Assembly: GCA_945897335.1 (NCBI GenBank)
Contig: CAMDFP010000001.1
Coordinates: 2,143-66,142 of the forward strand
Reading direction: 5' to 3'
Origin: Asaia bogorensis
GTDB taxonomy: Bacteria > Pseudomonadota > Alphaproteobacteria > SHVZ01
DNA length: 64,000 nt
Positions 22,830 through 31,914 of the stretch are shown piece by piece. Every line of letters starts with the position of its first letter. Within the stretch, counting starts at the first letter, position 1. Position numbers and translations under genes: made by a program. Below the pieces are notes generated by a model, which was not told where the DNA came from, did not search any database, and was given only the letters and a program-made list of their open reading frames with translations.

Positions 22830-23516
22830 GTGAGACGCGAGACCCATGTGCCGCTGCCGCCGGGCGTGCAGTTCAGGCTGTCGGCGACGGCGCGGCGCGT
22901 CAGCCTCCGCGTCGACGCGGCGCTGGGCGTCGTGCTCCTGGTGGTGCCGAAGCGCGTGTCGCTGGTCCGCGCCGCCGCCTTCGCCGAGAAGAACCGCGCC
23001 TGGATCGGACGCAAGCTGGCGAGCCTGCCGCCCTCGGTGCCCTTCGCCGACGGGGTCGAGGTGCCGTTGGGCGGCGTGCCCTATGTCGTGCGCCATCGCC
23101 CGGGGGTACGCGGCACCGTCTGGCTCGAAGGACGCGAGATCCATGTCGCCGGCGCCATCGAGCATCTCGCGCGCCGCCTCACCGACTGGCTGAAGGCGGA
23201 GGCGCGCCGGCAGATCCAGGCGCTGGTCGACCGCCATGCCGAGGCCGTGGGAAAACGCCCGACCCGGATCACGCTCCGCGACACCACCACGCGCTGGGGC
23301 AGCTGCACGCCGACCGGACGGCTCGCCTTCTGCTGGCGCCTGATCCTGGCCCCGGTCGACATCATGGATTACGTCGTCGCCCATGAGGTGGCGCATCTGG
23401 TCGAGCTCAACCACGGCCCGCGCTTCTGGCGCCTGGTGGCCCGCCTGGTGCCGGACATCGATCATCCGCGACGCTGGCTCGGCGATCACGGCATTCGCCT
23501 CCACCGCTACGGATGA
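22830..23516 (+). CDS. M48-family/YgjP-like (DUF45) metal-dependent hydrolase
   Basis: HEVAHLVELNH zinc motif and the RWGSCTP block. GTG start. The stop overlaps the next gene's start (ATGA). Confidence 0.75.
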   Translation: MRRETHVPLPPGVQFRLSATARRVSLRVDAALGVVLLVVPKRVSLVRAAAFAEKNRAWIGRKLASLPPSVPFADGVEVPLGGVPYVVRHRPGVRGTVWLEGREIHVAGAIEHLARRLTDWLKAEARRQIQALVDRHAEAVGKRPTRITLRDTTTRWGSCTPTGRLAFCWRLILAPVDIMDYVVAHEVAHLVELNHGPRFWRLVARLVPDIDHPRRWLGDHGIRLHRYG

Positions 23517-24718
23517 CCGCCGCGTCCGCGCCCCGTTCCGGCTGGCCGGTCAACCTGCTGTTGACCGGCCTGGTCGCCTTCCAGGCGATCTCGACCGATC
23601 TCTACCTGGCCTCGCTGCCGACCATGCAGCGCGTCTTCGAAACCGACGAGGCCCGGGTCCAGCTCACCTTGAGCGTCTTCCTGCTGGGCTCGGCGGTGAT
23701 GCAGCTGGCCTATGGCCCGATCTCCGACCGCTTCGGCCGCCGGCCGGTGCTGCGCTTCGCCATCGCGCTCTATGTTCTCGCCAGCCTCGCCTGCGCGCTG
23801 GCGCCGACCATCGAGGCGCTGATCCTGTTCCGCCTGCTGCAGGCGATCGGCAGCTGCGCCGGCGTCACGCTCGGCCGCGCGGTCGCGCGCGATCTCTATG
23901 CGCCGACGGTCGCGGCCAAGGTGCTGGCCTATATGGCATCGGCGATGGCGATCGCGCCGATCCTCGGCCCGATGCTGGGCAGCTGGATGACCGTCGCCTT
24001 CGGCTGGCAGGCGAATTTCCTCTTCCTCTCCGCCTTCGGCGCGCTCTGCCTGATCGGCCTCTACACGCTCCTGGACGAAACCAACCTCCGGCGGGACGCG
24101 ACGGCGACGTCGCCGAGGCGCATCCTCGCCAACTACGCCCGCCTGCTCGGCGACCGCACCTACCTGGGATACGCTTTCGCCGTCACCCTCTCCTATTGCG
24201 GCATCTTCTGCTTCATCTCCGGATCCAGCTTCACGCTGATCGGCGTGCTGGGATTGCCGACCGCGTATTTCGGCTTCTGCTTCGGCGCCGCGGCGGCGGG
24301 ATACTCGGCCGGCGCGCTGATGGCCGGGCGCCTGATCGCGCGCTTCGGCATTCAGCGGATGGTGACGGCGGGAACGCTGCTGTCCGCGGCCTTCGGGCTC
24401 CTCGGCGCCGCGCTTGCCTGGGCCGGGATCGAAACGGTGGCCGCGGTGCTGCTGCCCTTCATCGTGGTGATGGTCGGGATCGGGCTGGCGCTGCCGGCGG
24501 CGATCGCTGGCGCGATCGGCCCGTTCCCGCAGATGGCCGGTGCCGCGTCCGCGATGGTGGGCTTCCTCCAGCTCGGCGTGGCGGCCGCCGTCGGCATCGG
24601 CGTCGGCCATCTCCTCGACGGCACGACGCGGCCGATGATGACCGCGATCGCCCTGGTCACGCTCGCCGACCTCGTCCTCTTCTGGGCGCTGGTTTTGAAG
24701 GCGCCGAAGGCGTCTTGA
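23513..24718 (+). CDS. MFS transporter, Bcr/CflA drug-resistance subfamily
   Basis: 12 TM helices with motif A-like GPISDRFGRRPVL. It is translationally coupled to the upstream hydrolase gene. Confidence 0.85.
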   Translation: MTAASAPRSGWPVNLLLTGLVAFQAISTDLYLASLPTMQRVFETDEARVQLTLSVFLLGSAVMQLAYGPISDRFGRRPVLRFAIALYVLASLACALAPTIEALILFRLLQAIGSCAGVTLGRAVARDLYAPTVAAKVLAYMASAMAIAPILGPMLGSWMTVAFGWQANFLFLSAFGALCLIGLYTLLDETNLRRDATATSPRRILANYARLLGDRTYLGYAFAVTLSYCGIFCFISGSSFTLIGVLGLPTAYFGFCFGAAAAGYSAGALMAGRLIARFGIQRMVTAGTLLSAAFGLLGAALAWAGIETVAAVLLPFIVVMVGIGLALPAAIAGAIGPFPQMAGAASAMVGFLQLGVAAAVGIGVGHLLDGTTRPMMTAIALVTLADLVLFWALVLKAPKAS

Positions 24719-26051
24719 TTCCGGCTAGCAGCCGTTCGAGATCCTCGGTCTTGATCAGCGCCTCGTCGAGCTTCTCGATCGGCCACTCCATATATTTGAG
24801 CCGGGTCATCCTCTCGAAAAGCGAACGGTTCTCCCGGAAGAGCTCGAGCCGCGCTGCGTCGGTTGCCTGACGAAGCCGGAAGTGATCGTCCAGCGTTTCC
24901 CGGCTGACCGCACAGCGGACCGACTCGCCATTCGCCTCGCCTCGAAATGTCACGACATCGCGTGCGGAATCGTACCTGGCGACGGGCGCCGCAAAAGTGA
25001 GGTCGAGGCCGTCGACGACGGAGCGTGCCATGCCGACGCTCTTCAACAGAGAGTCCCGCACGTCCGCGGGGATCAACGCCATGCTCTCGCCGAGAAGCTT
25101 CCGCCATTTCGGACCACGGCCATAGGCTTCCACCCACGCGGATTTGAGCTCATGCGGCCGCTTGCGGATCAGCGCTTCCAACAGGCTGGATGCTTGCTGG
25201 ACGTCCTTGTCGCTTTTGGCGGCGCCCGGGCGGCGGCGCCTGGCGACGATGAGCTTGTGAACGGCATAGCGCTGCGGCGCGGGAACGGTGACGTAGATAC
25301 CCGTGCCATGAAGGACAACCGCTGGCTCGGGATCGCGGATGAGGAAGGCCAGGAACCGGAGCTGAGCCGCGTCCGTATGAAATGCCGGCAAGGAGGCGGG
25401 CTGGTCGGTGTCCGGGCCTCTGTTGGGTGTGAGAAAGTCGACCCGGAGCCCGTTGGCCGCCCGATACTTTGTCGTTCGACGATTGTCGGTCTGCTCCGAA
25501 ACCGGCCGAAAGGACGCGTCTACCTCCCAGAGGATCTCCAGGGCCGTTGGCGTCTTATCTTCGACGGCAACCGACACGGCCGCGAACTGTGCGATGTCGA
25601 CATCTTCGGTTTGGAGCCCGGCAACAGGCAGACGCATGCCGAGCATGGCCGCGTAGGTCTGATACGCCGACGTCCCGACGAGCACCCCGCGCAGGCGGAA
25701 GACACCGGCCTTCGCGAGCGCCGCCACGATCTCCCCGATTTCAGGCTGCGGGCTCGGCAGATGACCGGATCGAACGAGTGTCGAGACTAGACTCTGCCGG
25801 TCGCGCCGATCCTGGCGGTCTCTCTTGTGATGCTTGATGCGATCGAGGAGTTCCGGCGTTTCCGGACCGACGTAACGCTGGGCGCGGCCCTTCTGGGTCG
25901 ACATCTGGAAATACCAGTAGCGCCGCCCCCGGACGGTTTTCGGGACGAAGGTTCCGTCTTCGGCGAACGCCTCGTCGAAGGCGTCCGAAGCAGCCCGATC
26001 CACCAGTTCCGCATAGAGCGTCTGTAATGCGAGGGGGACATCGGCAGCCAT
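24657..26051 (-). CDS. nucleotidyltransferase-fold (AbiEii/GSU2403-like) protein with a DUF1488-like C-terminal domain
   Basis: A GTS…(21 aa)…TEDVDI arrangement resembles the NTase hG[GS]…[DE]h[DE]h motif. The C-terminal 90 aa (…VTFRGEANGESVRCAVSRETLDDHFRL…) resemble a small DUF1488-type domain; this is from memory and not verified. GAGGG lies 5 nt upstream of the ATG. Two AT-rich palindromes lie in its promoter. Confidence 0.5.
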   Translation of the reverse strand: MAADVPLALQTLYAELVDRAASDAFDEAFAEDGTFVPKTVRGRRYWYFQMSTQKGRAQRYVGPETPELLDRIKHHKRDRQDRRDRQSLVSTLVRSGHLPSPQPEIGEIVAALAKAGVFRLRGVLVGTSAYQTYAAMLGMRLPVAGLQTEDVDIAQFAAVSVAVEDKTPTALEILWEVDASFRPVSEQTDNRRTTKYRAANGLRVDFLTPNRGPDTDQPASLPAFHTDAAQLRFLAFLIRDPEPAVVLHGTGIYVTVPAPQRYAVHKLIVARRRRPGAAKSDKDVQQASSLLEALIRKRPHELKSAWVEAYGRGPKWRKLLGESMALIPADVRDSLLKSVGMARSVVDGLDLTFAAPVARYDSARDVVTFRGEANGESVRCAVSRETLDDHFRLRQATDAARLELFRENRSLFERMTRLKYMEWPIEKLDEALIKTEDLERLLAGIKTPSAPSKPAPRRGRGRRA

Positions 26052-26060
26052 CAGGCCCTC

Positions 26061-26147
26061 GTGTTATACGCAATCCGCTGACTGCGTATAACACGAACAA
26101 ACCTCGCGACCAAGATCGTTATACGCAAATTGCGCTTTGCGTATAAC
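26061..26147. promoter_or_regulatory. two inverted repeats sharing GTTATACGCA half-sites
   Basis: Seen directly: 26061..26094 (12-bp arms, 10-bp spacer) and 26118..26147 (12-bp arms, 6-bp spacer). They lie between the dps stop and the NTase-like gene start, and the first overlaps the RBS region. They are AT-rich in a GC-rich genome. Confidence 0.4.
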
Positions 26148-26156
26148 TCTGACAGG

Positions 26157-26603
26157 TCAGTCCGCCAGCGTGCTCTTCAGCATCCAGGCGTGTTTGTCGT
26201 GGCTCTCGGTGCGGGTGATCAGCAGGTCGGCGGTCGCCTCGTCGCCGGCCTTCTGCGCGCTGGCGAGCGCCGCCTTGATCGTCTTCAGCGCCGCCTGATG
26301 CCCGTCATAGAGTTCGCGCACCATGGCGTTGGCTTCGAGGTTGCCCTTGGCTTCGGGAATCGTGCTGAGGCGGGCGAGCGCGGACGACGCGCTGGGGGGC
26401 GTTCCGCCGATGGCGCGGATGCGCTCGGCGATTACGTCCAGCGCCGTCCAGATCTCGTTGTACTGGGCGCCGAACATCTCGTGCAGCGAGAAGAAGGTCG
26501 GGCCCTGGACGTTCCAGTGGAAGGCGTGGGTCTTGAAGTAAAGCGCGTAGGAATCCGCCAGCACTTTGGTCAGCGCATCGGCAACGGCATCGGCCTTCGG
26601 CAT
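26157..26603 (-). CDS. dps: Dps, DNA starvation/stationary-phase protection protein (ferritin-like)
   Basis: Ferritin-like dinuclear site residues (…HAFHWNVQGPTFFSLHEMF…). I chose the ATG at 26603, which has GGAGAGAGAGAG upstream. A TGGAATAATTCCA palindrome lies just upstream at 26625..26637. Confidence 0.9.
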   Translation of the reverse strand: MPKADAVADALTKVLADSYALYFKTHAFHWNVQGPTFFSLHEMFGAQYNEIWTALDVIAERIRAIGGTPPSASSALARLSTIPEAKGNLEANAMVRELYDGHQAALKTIKAALASAQKAGDEATADLLITRTESHDKHAWMLKSTLAD

Positions 26604-26721
26604 GCTCTCTCTCTCCACCTTTGGAATAATTCCAGGCTAGCAGGTAGATGGTTACCGCTGGAAGTCGGATCAAGTCTGACAGCGCGCGCCGGCGCCGGCA
26701 TTGACCGGGATCAAGCCCGGC

Positions 26722-28818
26722 CTAGTCCTTGCCCTGCGGCCCGACATTGGCGGGCGGCGCGCCGCGCGGGGCGCCGCCGGCCGGAGACGTGATCGCCCGC
26801 CAGGGCGCGTACCAGGGGGCCGGGGCCGCCGGGGCCGCGGCGATCTCCCCGCCCGACGGCATCTTCAGCGGCTTCGGCGGCAAGCCCTCGCTCGCCTTCT
26901 TCATGAACGCGCCCCACAGCTCGGCCGGAAGCGCGCCGCCGGTGACGCCCTTCATCGGCTGGCCGTCATCGTTGCCGAACCAGACACCGGTCGTCATGTC
27001 GGCGGTGAAGCCCACGAACAGCGCGTCCTTGGAGTTCTGGGTGGTGCCGGTCTTGCCGGCGGCCGGACGGTCGAGCCGGGCCGCGCGTCCGGTGCCGGCC
27101 TGGACGACGTTGCTCAGCATCTCGGTCATGCGGCGCGCATTTTCCGGCGACATCACCCGCTCGGTCGCCGCCTGGCGGCGGTAGAGCACGCGGCCTCCGG
27201 TATCGCGGACCTCGCTGATGCCGAAGGCATGGACCGACTCGCCGCCGGTGGCGAAGGCGCCATAGGCCTGGGTGAGGTCGAGCAGCGTCACCTCGCTGGT
27301 GCCGAGCGCCAGGCTGGGGTTGTCGTCGAGCGCCTGCGGGATGCCCAGCCGATGGGCGACGTCGATCACGCGTGAACGCCCGGCGCGCTCGGAGACGCGG
27401 ACCGCGACCGTGTTTATCGACTGGGTGACGGCGTCCGACACCCGCATCGGTCCGCGGAACTTGCGGTCGAAGTTCGACGGGCTCCAGGTGCCCATGGTCA
27501 ACGGCGCATCGTCGACGATCGTCTCCGGCCCGATGCCGGCTTCCAGGCCGGCGAGATAGACGAAGGGCTTGAAGGCCGAGCCCGGCTGGCGGAGCGCCTG
27601 GGTCGCGCGGTTGAACTGGCTGTCGCGGTAGTCGCGGCCGCCGACCATGGCGAGCACGCGGCCGTCGGGTCCGAGCGCCACCAGCGCCGCCTGGCTGGCG
27701 TCCAGCCTTTCGCCGTTCTTCGCCAGGATCGCCTCGACCTCGGCCTCGGCGATGCGCTGGAGCTTCGGGTCCAGCGTCGTCGTCACCACCAGGTCGCGGT
27801 CGACATAGCCGATCTGCGATCCGACCTGGTCCAGCACCCAGTCGACGAAGTAGCGCCCGCCGAGCCCGCTCGCGGCATAGCTGCCGCGCCCGACCGGAAG
27901 GCGCTTCGCCTTCTCCGCATCCGTCTCGGTCAGGTAGCCGGCATCGACCATGTTGGCCAGCACCTGCTCGGTGCGAAGCCGCGCGCGCTCGGGATTGGCC
28001 GACGGGCTGTAGCGCGCCGGCGCCTTCAGGAGGCCGGCGATCAGCGCGCTCTCGTAGACGTTCAGGTCCTTCGGGTCCTTGGCGAAGTAGCGCTCGGAAG
28101 CGGCGGCGACGCCGAAGGTGCCGGCGCCGAGATAGACCCGGTTGAGGTAGATGGTGAGGATCTGCTCCTTGGTGAAGCGCCACTCGAGCCAGACCGCCAG
28201 GATCAGCTCCTGGATCTTGCGTCCGTAGCTGCGCTCGCTGGTGAGGAACAGGTTCTTGGCCAGCTGCTGGGTGAGCGTCGAGCCACCCTGGCGGATGGCG
28301 CCTTCGCGGAGGTTGACCACCAGCGCGCGCACCAGGCCGATCGGGTCCAGGCCGAAATGGCCGAAGAACCGCCGGTCCTCGGTCGCCAGCACCGCCTGCG
28401 GCAGACTCTGCGGCAGCTCCGCCAGCTTGACCGGCCGGCCATGGACCTCGCCCGAGCTCGCAAACACCGTCCCGTCGGCGAGTGCCAGGCGGATCGAGGG
28501 CTTGCGGCCGGTCTCTTCCAGGCCGGAGATGTCGGGAAGGGTGAAGGCGAAATAGGCGACGATGGCGGCGACGACGACGCCGCCCCAGATCGCCGCGACC
28601 AGACCCCAGCGCAGCAGCGCGCCCAAGATCGGACCCATCCGGAAGGCCGGACGGCCGCGGCGCTTGCGCTGGGGGGTTCGAGCCCGGGAGCCGCTCGTCG
28701 CGATGGCCATGGGCTCCCGGATATCATGATTCGCGCGCACGCCGGAATCTTGCGCGGGAATGAGGCGGTTTGACGGCGTGACGGCATTGCCGGACGCAGA
28801 TGACGGATCGTTAGGCAT
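26722..28818 (-). CDS. class A penicillin-binding protein (transglycosylase/transpeptidase)
   Basis: GT51 motifs EDRRFFGHFGLD and RQGGSTLTQQ, and transpeptidase motifs SAFKP and KTGT. Confidence 0.9.
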   Translation of the reverse strand: MPNDPSSASGNAVTPSNRLIPAQDSGVRANHDIREPMAIATSGSRARTPQRKRRGRPAFRMGPILGALLRWGLVAAIWGGVVVAAIVAYFAFTLPDISGLEETGRKPSIRLALADGTVFASSGEVHGRPVKLAELPQSLPQAVLATEDRRFFGHFGLDPIGLVRALVVNLREGAIRQGGSTLTQQLAKNLFLTSERSYGRKIQELILAVWLEWRFTKEQILTIYLNRVYLGAGTFGVAAASERYFAKDPKDLNVYESALIAGLLKAPARYSPSANPERARLRTEQVLANMVDAGYLTETDAEKAKRLPVGRGSYAASGLGGRYFVDWVLDQVGSQIGYVDRDLVVTTTLDPKLQRIAEAEVEAILAKNGERLDASQAALVALGPDGRVLAMVGGRDYRDSQFNRATQALRQPGSAFKPFVYLAGLEAGIGPETIVDDAPLTMGTWSPSNFDRKFRGPMRVSDAVTQSINTVAVRVSERAGRSRVIDVAHRLGIPQALDDNPSLALGTSEVTLLDLTQAYGAFATGGESVHAFGISEVRDTGGRVLYRRQAATERVMSPENARRMTEMLSNVVQAGTGRAARLDRPAAGKTGTTQNSKDALFVGFTADMTTGVWFGNDDGQPMKGVTGGALPAELWGAFMKKASEGLPPKPLKMPSGGEIAAAPAAPAPWYAPWRAITSPAGGAPRGAPPANVGPQGKD

Positions 28819-28905
28819 GATTTAACCAAGCTGGATTAAGGTGGTGTGGTCGGGCCCGAGGCGCCCGGCCCCAGCCATCGGATCTAAGCAAACGGATTTG
28901 GCGAG

Positions 28906-29874
28906 ATGTCGGCAGCGATCATGGAAACCCGGGCCCCCAAGGTCCCGTTCCGGGTCAAGCTCTTCGCCTGGTGGCGGGGCTACGACCCCGCCGACGTCTA
29001 TCCGGGCGATCCGGTGGAGCTCGAATTCGATACCAGGCGGCGCAGCCCGGATGCCCAGGTCGCGGGCGTCGCCAAGACCAGCAAGACCCAGGTGCCGCTA
29101 TGGACCGCCGACCGCATCCAGGTGGTCGAGCGCCTGTGGGGACCCGGCCTGCACACGCCGGGCGGCGACGAGCACATCAAGACGCTGGTGAAGCCGTTCG
29201 GCCTCAATCCGACGATGACCGTGCTGGATCTCGGCGCCGGTCTCGGCGGCTGCGCCCGCGTCATGGCCAAGGATTTCGGCTCGTGGGTCACCGGCATGGA
29301 GCAATGGCCGGTGCTGGCCGAAGCCGGGATGGAGCGCTCGCGCATGGCGGGCCTCGAGAAGAAGGCGCCGATCGAGCTCTACGATCCCGAGACCACGGTG
29401 CTGAAGCCCCGCGGCTACAACTGCGTCTTCGCCAAGGAGGCGTTCTTCACGCTCGCCGACAAGGCGCGCCTGTTCGATTCGATCAACCAGTCGCTCAGGC
29501 CCGGCGGCCAGCTCTGCTTCACCGACTACGTGATGCCCGACGCCGCGCGGGCGACACCCGCGGTCGACGCCTGGATGAAGAGCGAGCCGCTCCGTCCCTT
29601 CCCCTGCTCCTCACAGGACACCCTCGACCTGCTCGCCCACAACCAGCTGGAAGTGCGCATCGCCGAGGACATCACCGACATGCACCAGAGCCTGATCCTG
29701 CAGGGCTGGCGCGACCTGACCCAGGCTCTGGCCCCCGGCTCGGTCGCGCCCGAGACCGTGCCGCACCTGGTCCAGGAGGCGGAGCTGTGGGCGAGACGCG
29801 GCGCCGTATTGCGGTCCGGCGACATCCGGGTCTACCGTTTCTATGCGACCAAGGCGGGCGAAGCGATCTGCTGA
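28906..29874 (+). CDS. class I SAM-dependent methyltransferase
   Basis: Motif I VLDLGAGLGGCARVMA. The start could instead be METRAPKV at 28921. Confidence 0.7.
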   Translation: MSAAIMETRAPKVPFRVKLFAWWRGYDPADVYPGDPVELEFDTRRRSPDAQVAGVAKTSKTQVPLWTADRIQVVERLWGPGLHTPGGDEHIKTLVKPFGLNPTMTVLDLGAGLGGCARVMAKDFGSWVTGMEQWPVLAEAGMERSRMAGLEKKAPIELYDPETTVLKPRGYNCVFAKEAFFTLADKARLFDSINQSLRPGGQLCFTDYVMPDAARATPAVDAWMKSEPLRPFPCSSQDTLDLLAHNQLEVRIAEDITDMHQSLILQGWRDLTQALAPGSVAPETVPHLVQEAELWARRGAVLRSGDIRVYRFYATKAGEAIC

Positions 29875-29899
29875 TCCCTTTCTTCCGCCGACCCTTCAC

Positions 29900-31246
29900 A
29901 TGAAAGACGGACGGCGGATGCTCAAGGACAGGCGCGGACTCGACGTTTCCACGGACAGCGCCGAGGCGGTGGCCTTGCTCGACGACGCGGTCGACGGCTA
30001 CGTCACCTTCCATGTCGACACCACCAGACGGCTCGCCGATTCCCTCAAGGCCGATCCGGAGTTCTTCCTCGGCCACACGCTGAAGGGCGGCATGGCGCTG
30101 CTCTCCTTGAACGCGAAGAATCTCGACCGCGCCAAGGCGGCGCTGGAGAAAGCGGCATCGCTCGCCGCCAGCGCGACGCCGCGCGAGCGCCGGCATCTGG
30201 AAGCGTTCGGCGCCTGGGCCGAGGGCGATCTCGACCGCGCGCTCCGCGCCTGGGAGTCGATCCTCGCGGTACATCCAACCGATCTGCTGGCGCTGCGCCT
30301 TGCCCATTTCCATTACTTCTGGCTCGGACGTTCCGCCCGCATGCTGGACTCGGTCGTCGCTGCCAAGCGCGGCTGGAGCAGCGACACGCCCGGGCGCAGC
30401 TGGCTCGCCTCGATGGAGGCCTTCGGCCGCGAGGAATGCGGCGAGTACGAGGAGGCCGAGCATCTGGCGCGCGAGGCCGTTGCCTACGATCCGTCGGATC
30501 GCTGGGGCGTGCATGCGGTCGCCCATGTGCTGGAGATGCAGGGCCGCGCCGCCGAGGGCATGGCGTGGCTCGACCAGAACGTCGGCTGCTTCGAGGGCGC
30601 CAACAACTTCGCCTTCCACCTGACCTGGCACCACGCACTGATGCAGCTGGAGAAGGACGGGCCGGAGGGACTGCTCGACTGGTACGACACGCGCGTCCGC
30701 GATCTCTCGTCGCCCTTGGTGCAGGCGCTTCCCGATCTCTACATCGACCTGCAGAACGCCGCCTCGCTGCTCTGGCGCCTCGAGCATCTCGGCGTCGACG
30801 TGGGATCGCGCTGGACCGAGCTCGCCGACAAGGCCGAAGGGCGCATCGGCGACGGCTCCAACCTGTTCACCTTGCCGCATCTGGCGATGGCGCTGGCGGC
30901 CGATGGCCGCTTCGCTGCCGCGGATCGGCTGATCGAAGCGATCGGCGCGATGGACGGCGCGACCTTGGGACCCGTCGCCAGCGGCCTGGCGCAGCCGGTC
31001 TGCCGCGCCGCGGTCCATCACCGGCGCGGCGAATGGAAGGACGTGGTCCGCCTGATGATGCCGTTGCGCGGCGATCTCTGGCGGCTCGGCGCCAGCCATG
31101 CGCAGCGCGACGTCCTCTGGCAGATGCTGGTCGACGCCGCCCGCAAGGCCGGCGACACGCAAGCCGTCGCGGCACTGATGATCGAGCTGACGGCGAGCCG
31201 CCCGGTCGCGGCCGAGCAGCGCCGCGCCTACGTCCGCGCCGCCTGA
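29900..31246 (+). CDS. tetratricopeptide-repeat protein (TTC38-like)
   Basis: Repetitive helical TPR-like composition with no enzymatic motifs. I chose the ATG at 29900. Confidence 0.55.
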   Translation: MKDGRRMLKDRRGLDVSTDSAEAVALLDDAVDGYVTFHVDTTRRLADSLKADPEFFLGHTLKGGMALLSLNAKNLDRAKAALEKAASLAASATPRERRHLEAFGAWAEGDLDRALRAWESILAVHPTDLLALRLAHFHYFWLGRSARMLDSVVAAKRGWSSDTPGRSWLASMEAFGREECGEYEEAEHLAREAVAYDPSDRWGVHAVAHVLEMQGRAAEGMAWLDQNVGCFEGANNFAFHLTWHHALMQLEKDGPEGLLDWYDTRVRDLSSPLVQALPDLYIDLQNAASLLWRLEHLGVDVGSRWTELADKAEGRIGDGSNLFTLPHLAMALAADGRFAAADRLIEAIGAMDGATLGPVASGLAQPVCRAAVHHRRGEWKDVVRLMMPLRGDLWRLGASHAQRDVLWQMLVDAARKAGDTQAVAALMIELTASRPVAAEQRRAYVRAA

Positions 31247-31914
31247 GGGCGATAGACCACCGCGTAGACGGCAAGCCCGGTCGCGGCCGCGATCAGTCCG
31301 GCGAAGATCACGTCGGAGAGGAAGTGGCCGCCCGCCGCCATGCGGGCGACGGCCATGATTCCTCCGAGCGCCAGGCCCGGCACCAGCGCGAGCAGGCGCC
31401 GGCGGCGCACCAGCAGCGCCAGCACCACCAGGCCGAAGCCCATGGCGACCTCGCCCGAGGCGAAGGAGCAGTTGCGCCGGCACTGGTCCGTAGGCTTGAG
31501 CGCCGGGGTGAAGACGCGGTCCCGGCCGAACTCGACGATCTGCGAGGGGCGTGCTCGGCCCCAGTGATCCTTGAAGCCGAGATTGACGATAAGCCCGGTG
31601 CCGAGCGCCATGGTGAGCACCAGCACCAGCGCCGCGCGCCCCCCGCCCGGCCGGCCGATCAGGCGGCCGAGCAGCCAGAACAGGATCGCCACCACCGGCG
31701 CACCGAAGGCGAGGATCGCAGCGAGGCGCCGGAACCCTTCGACGCCCGGATGATCGGAAGCGATCCAGCGGCCGTCCTGGAAGAACAGGCGCGCGGCCCA
31801 GAGATCGATCTCCGGCCACAGGGTGAAGACGATCCCGGCAAGAAGGAAAAGAGCGCCGAGCGTGAGCACCCAGATCCGGATGACCGCTCCTGGGCTAGCG
31901 CTGCTCATACCCAC
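31228..31914 (-). CDS. PAP2-family membrane phosphatase (lipid A phosphatase LpxE/LpxF-like)
   Basis: PAP2 motifs KDHWGRARP, SFASGE and ARMAAGGHFLSD between TM helices. It overlaps the upstream glycosyltransferase gene by 20 nt. Confidence 0.75.
   Translation of the reverse strand: MGMSSASPGAVIRIWVLTLGALFLLAGIVFTLWPEIDLWAARLFFQDGRWIASDHPGVEGFRRLAAILAFGAPVVAILFWLLGRLIGRPGGGRAALVLVLTMALGTGLIVNLGFKDHWGRARPSQIVEFGRDRVFTPALKPTDQCRRNCSFASGEVAMGFGLVVLALLVRRRRLLALVPGLALGGIMAVARMAAGGHFLSDVIFAGLIAAATGLAVYAVVYRPQAART

Noticed and set aside
21083-23014. 643-aa minus-strand ORF
   Set aside because: It is antisense to the CocE/NonD hydrolase and the M48 hydrolase genes. Composition is R/G/P/A-rich and no motif is recognisable.
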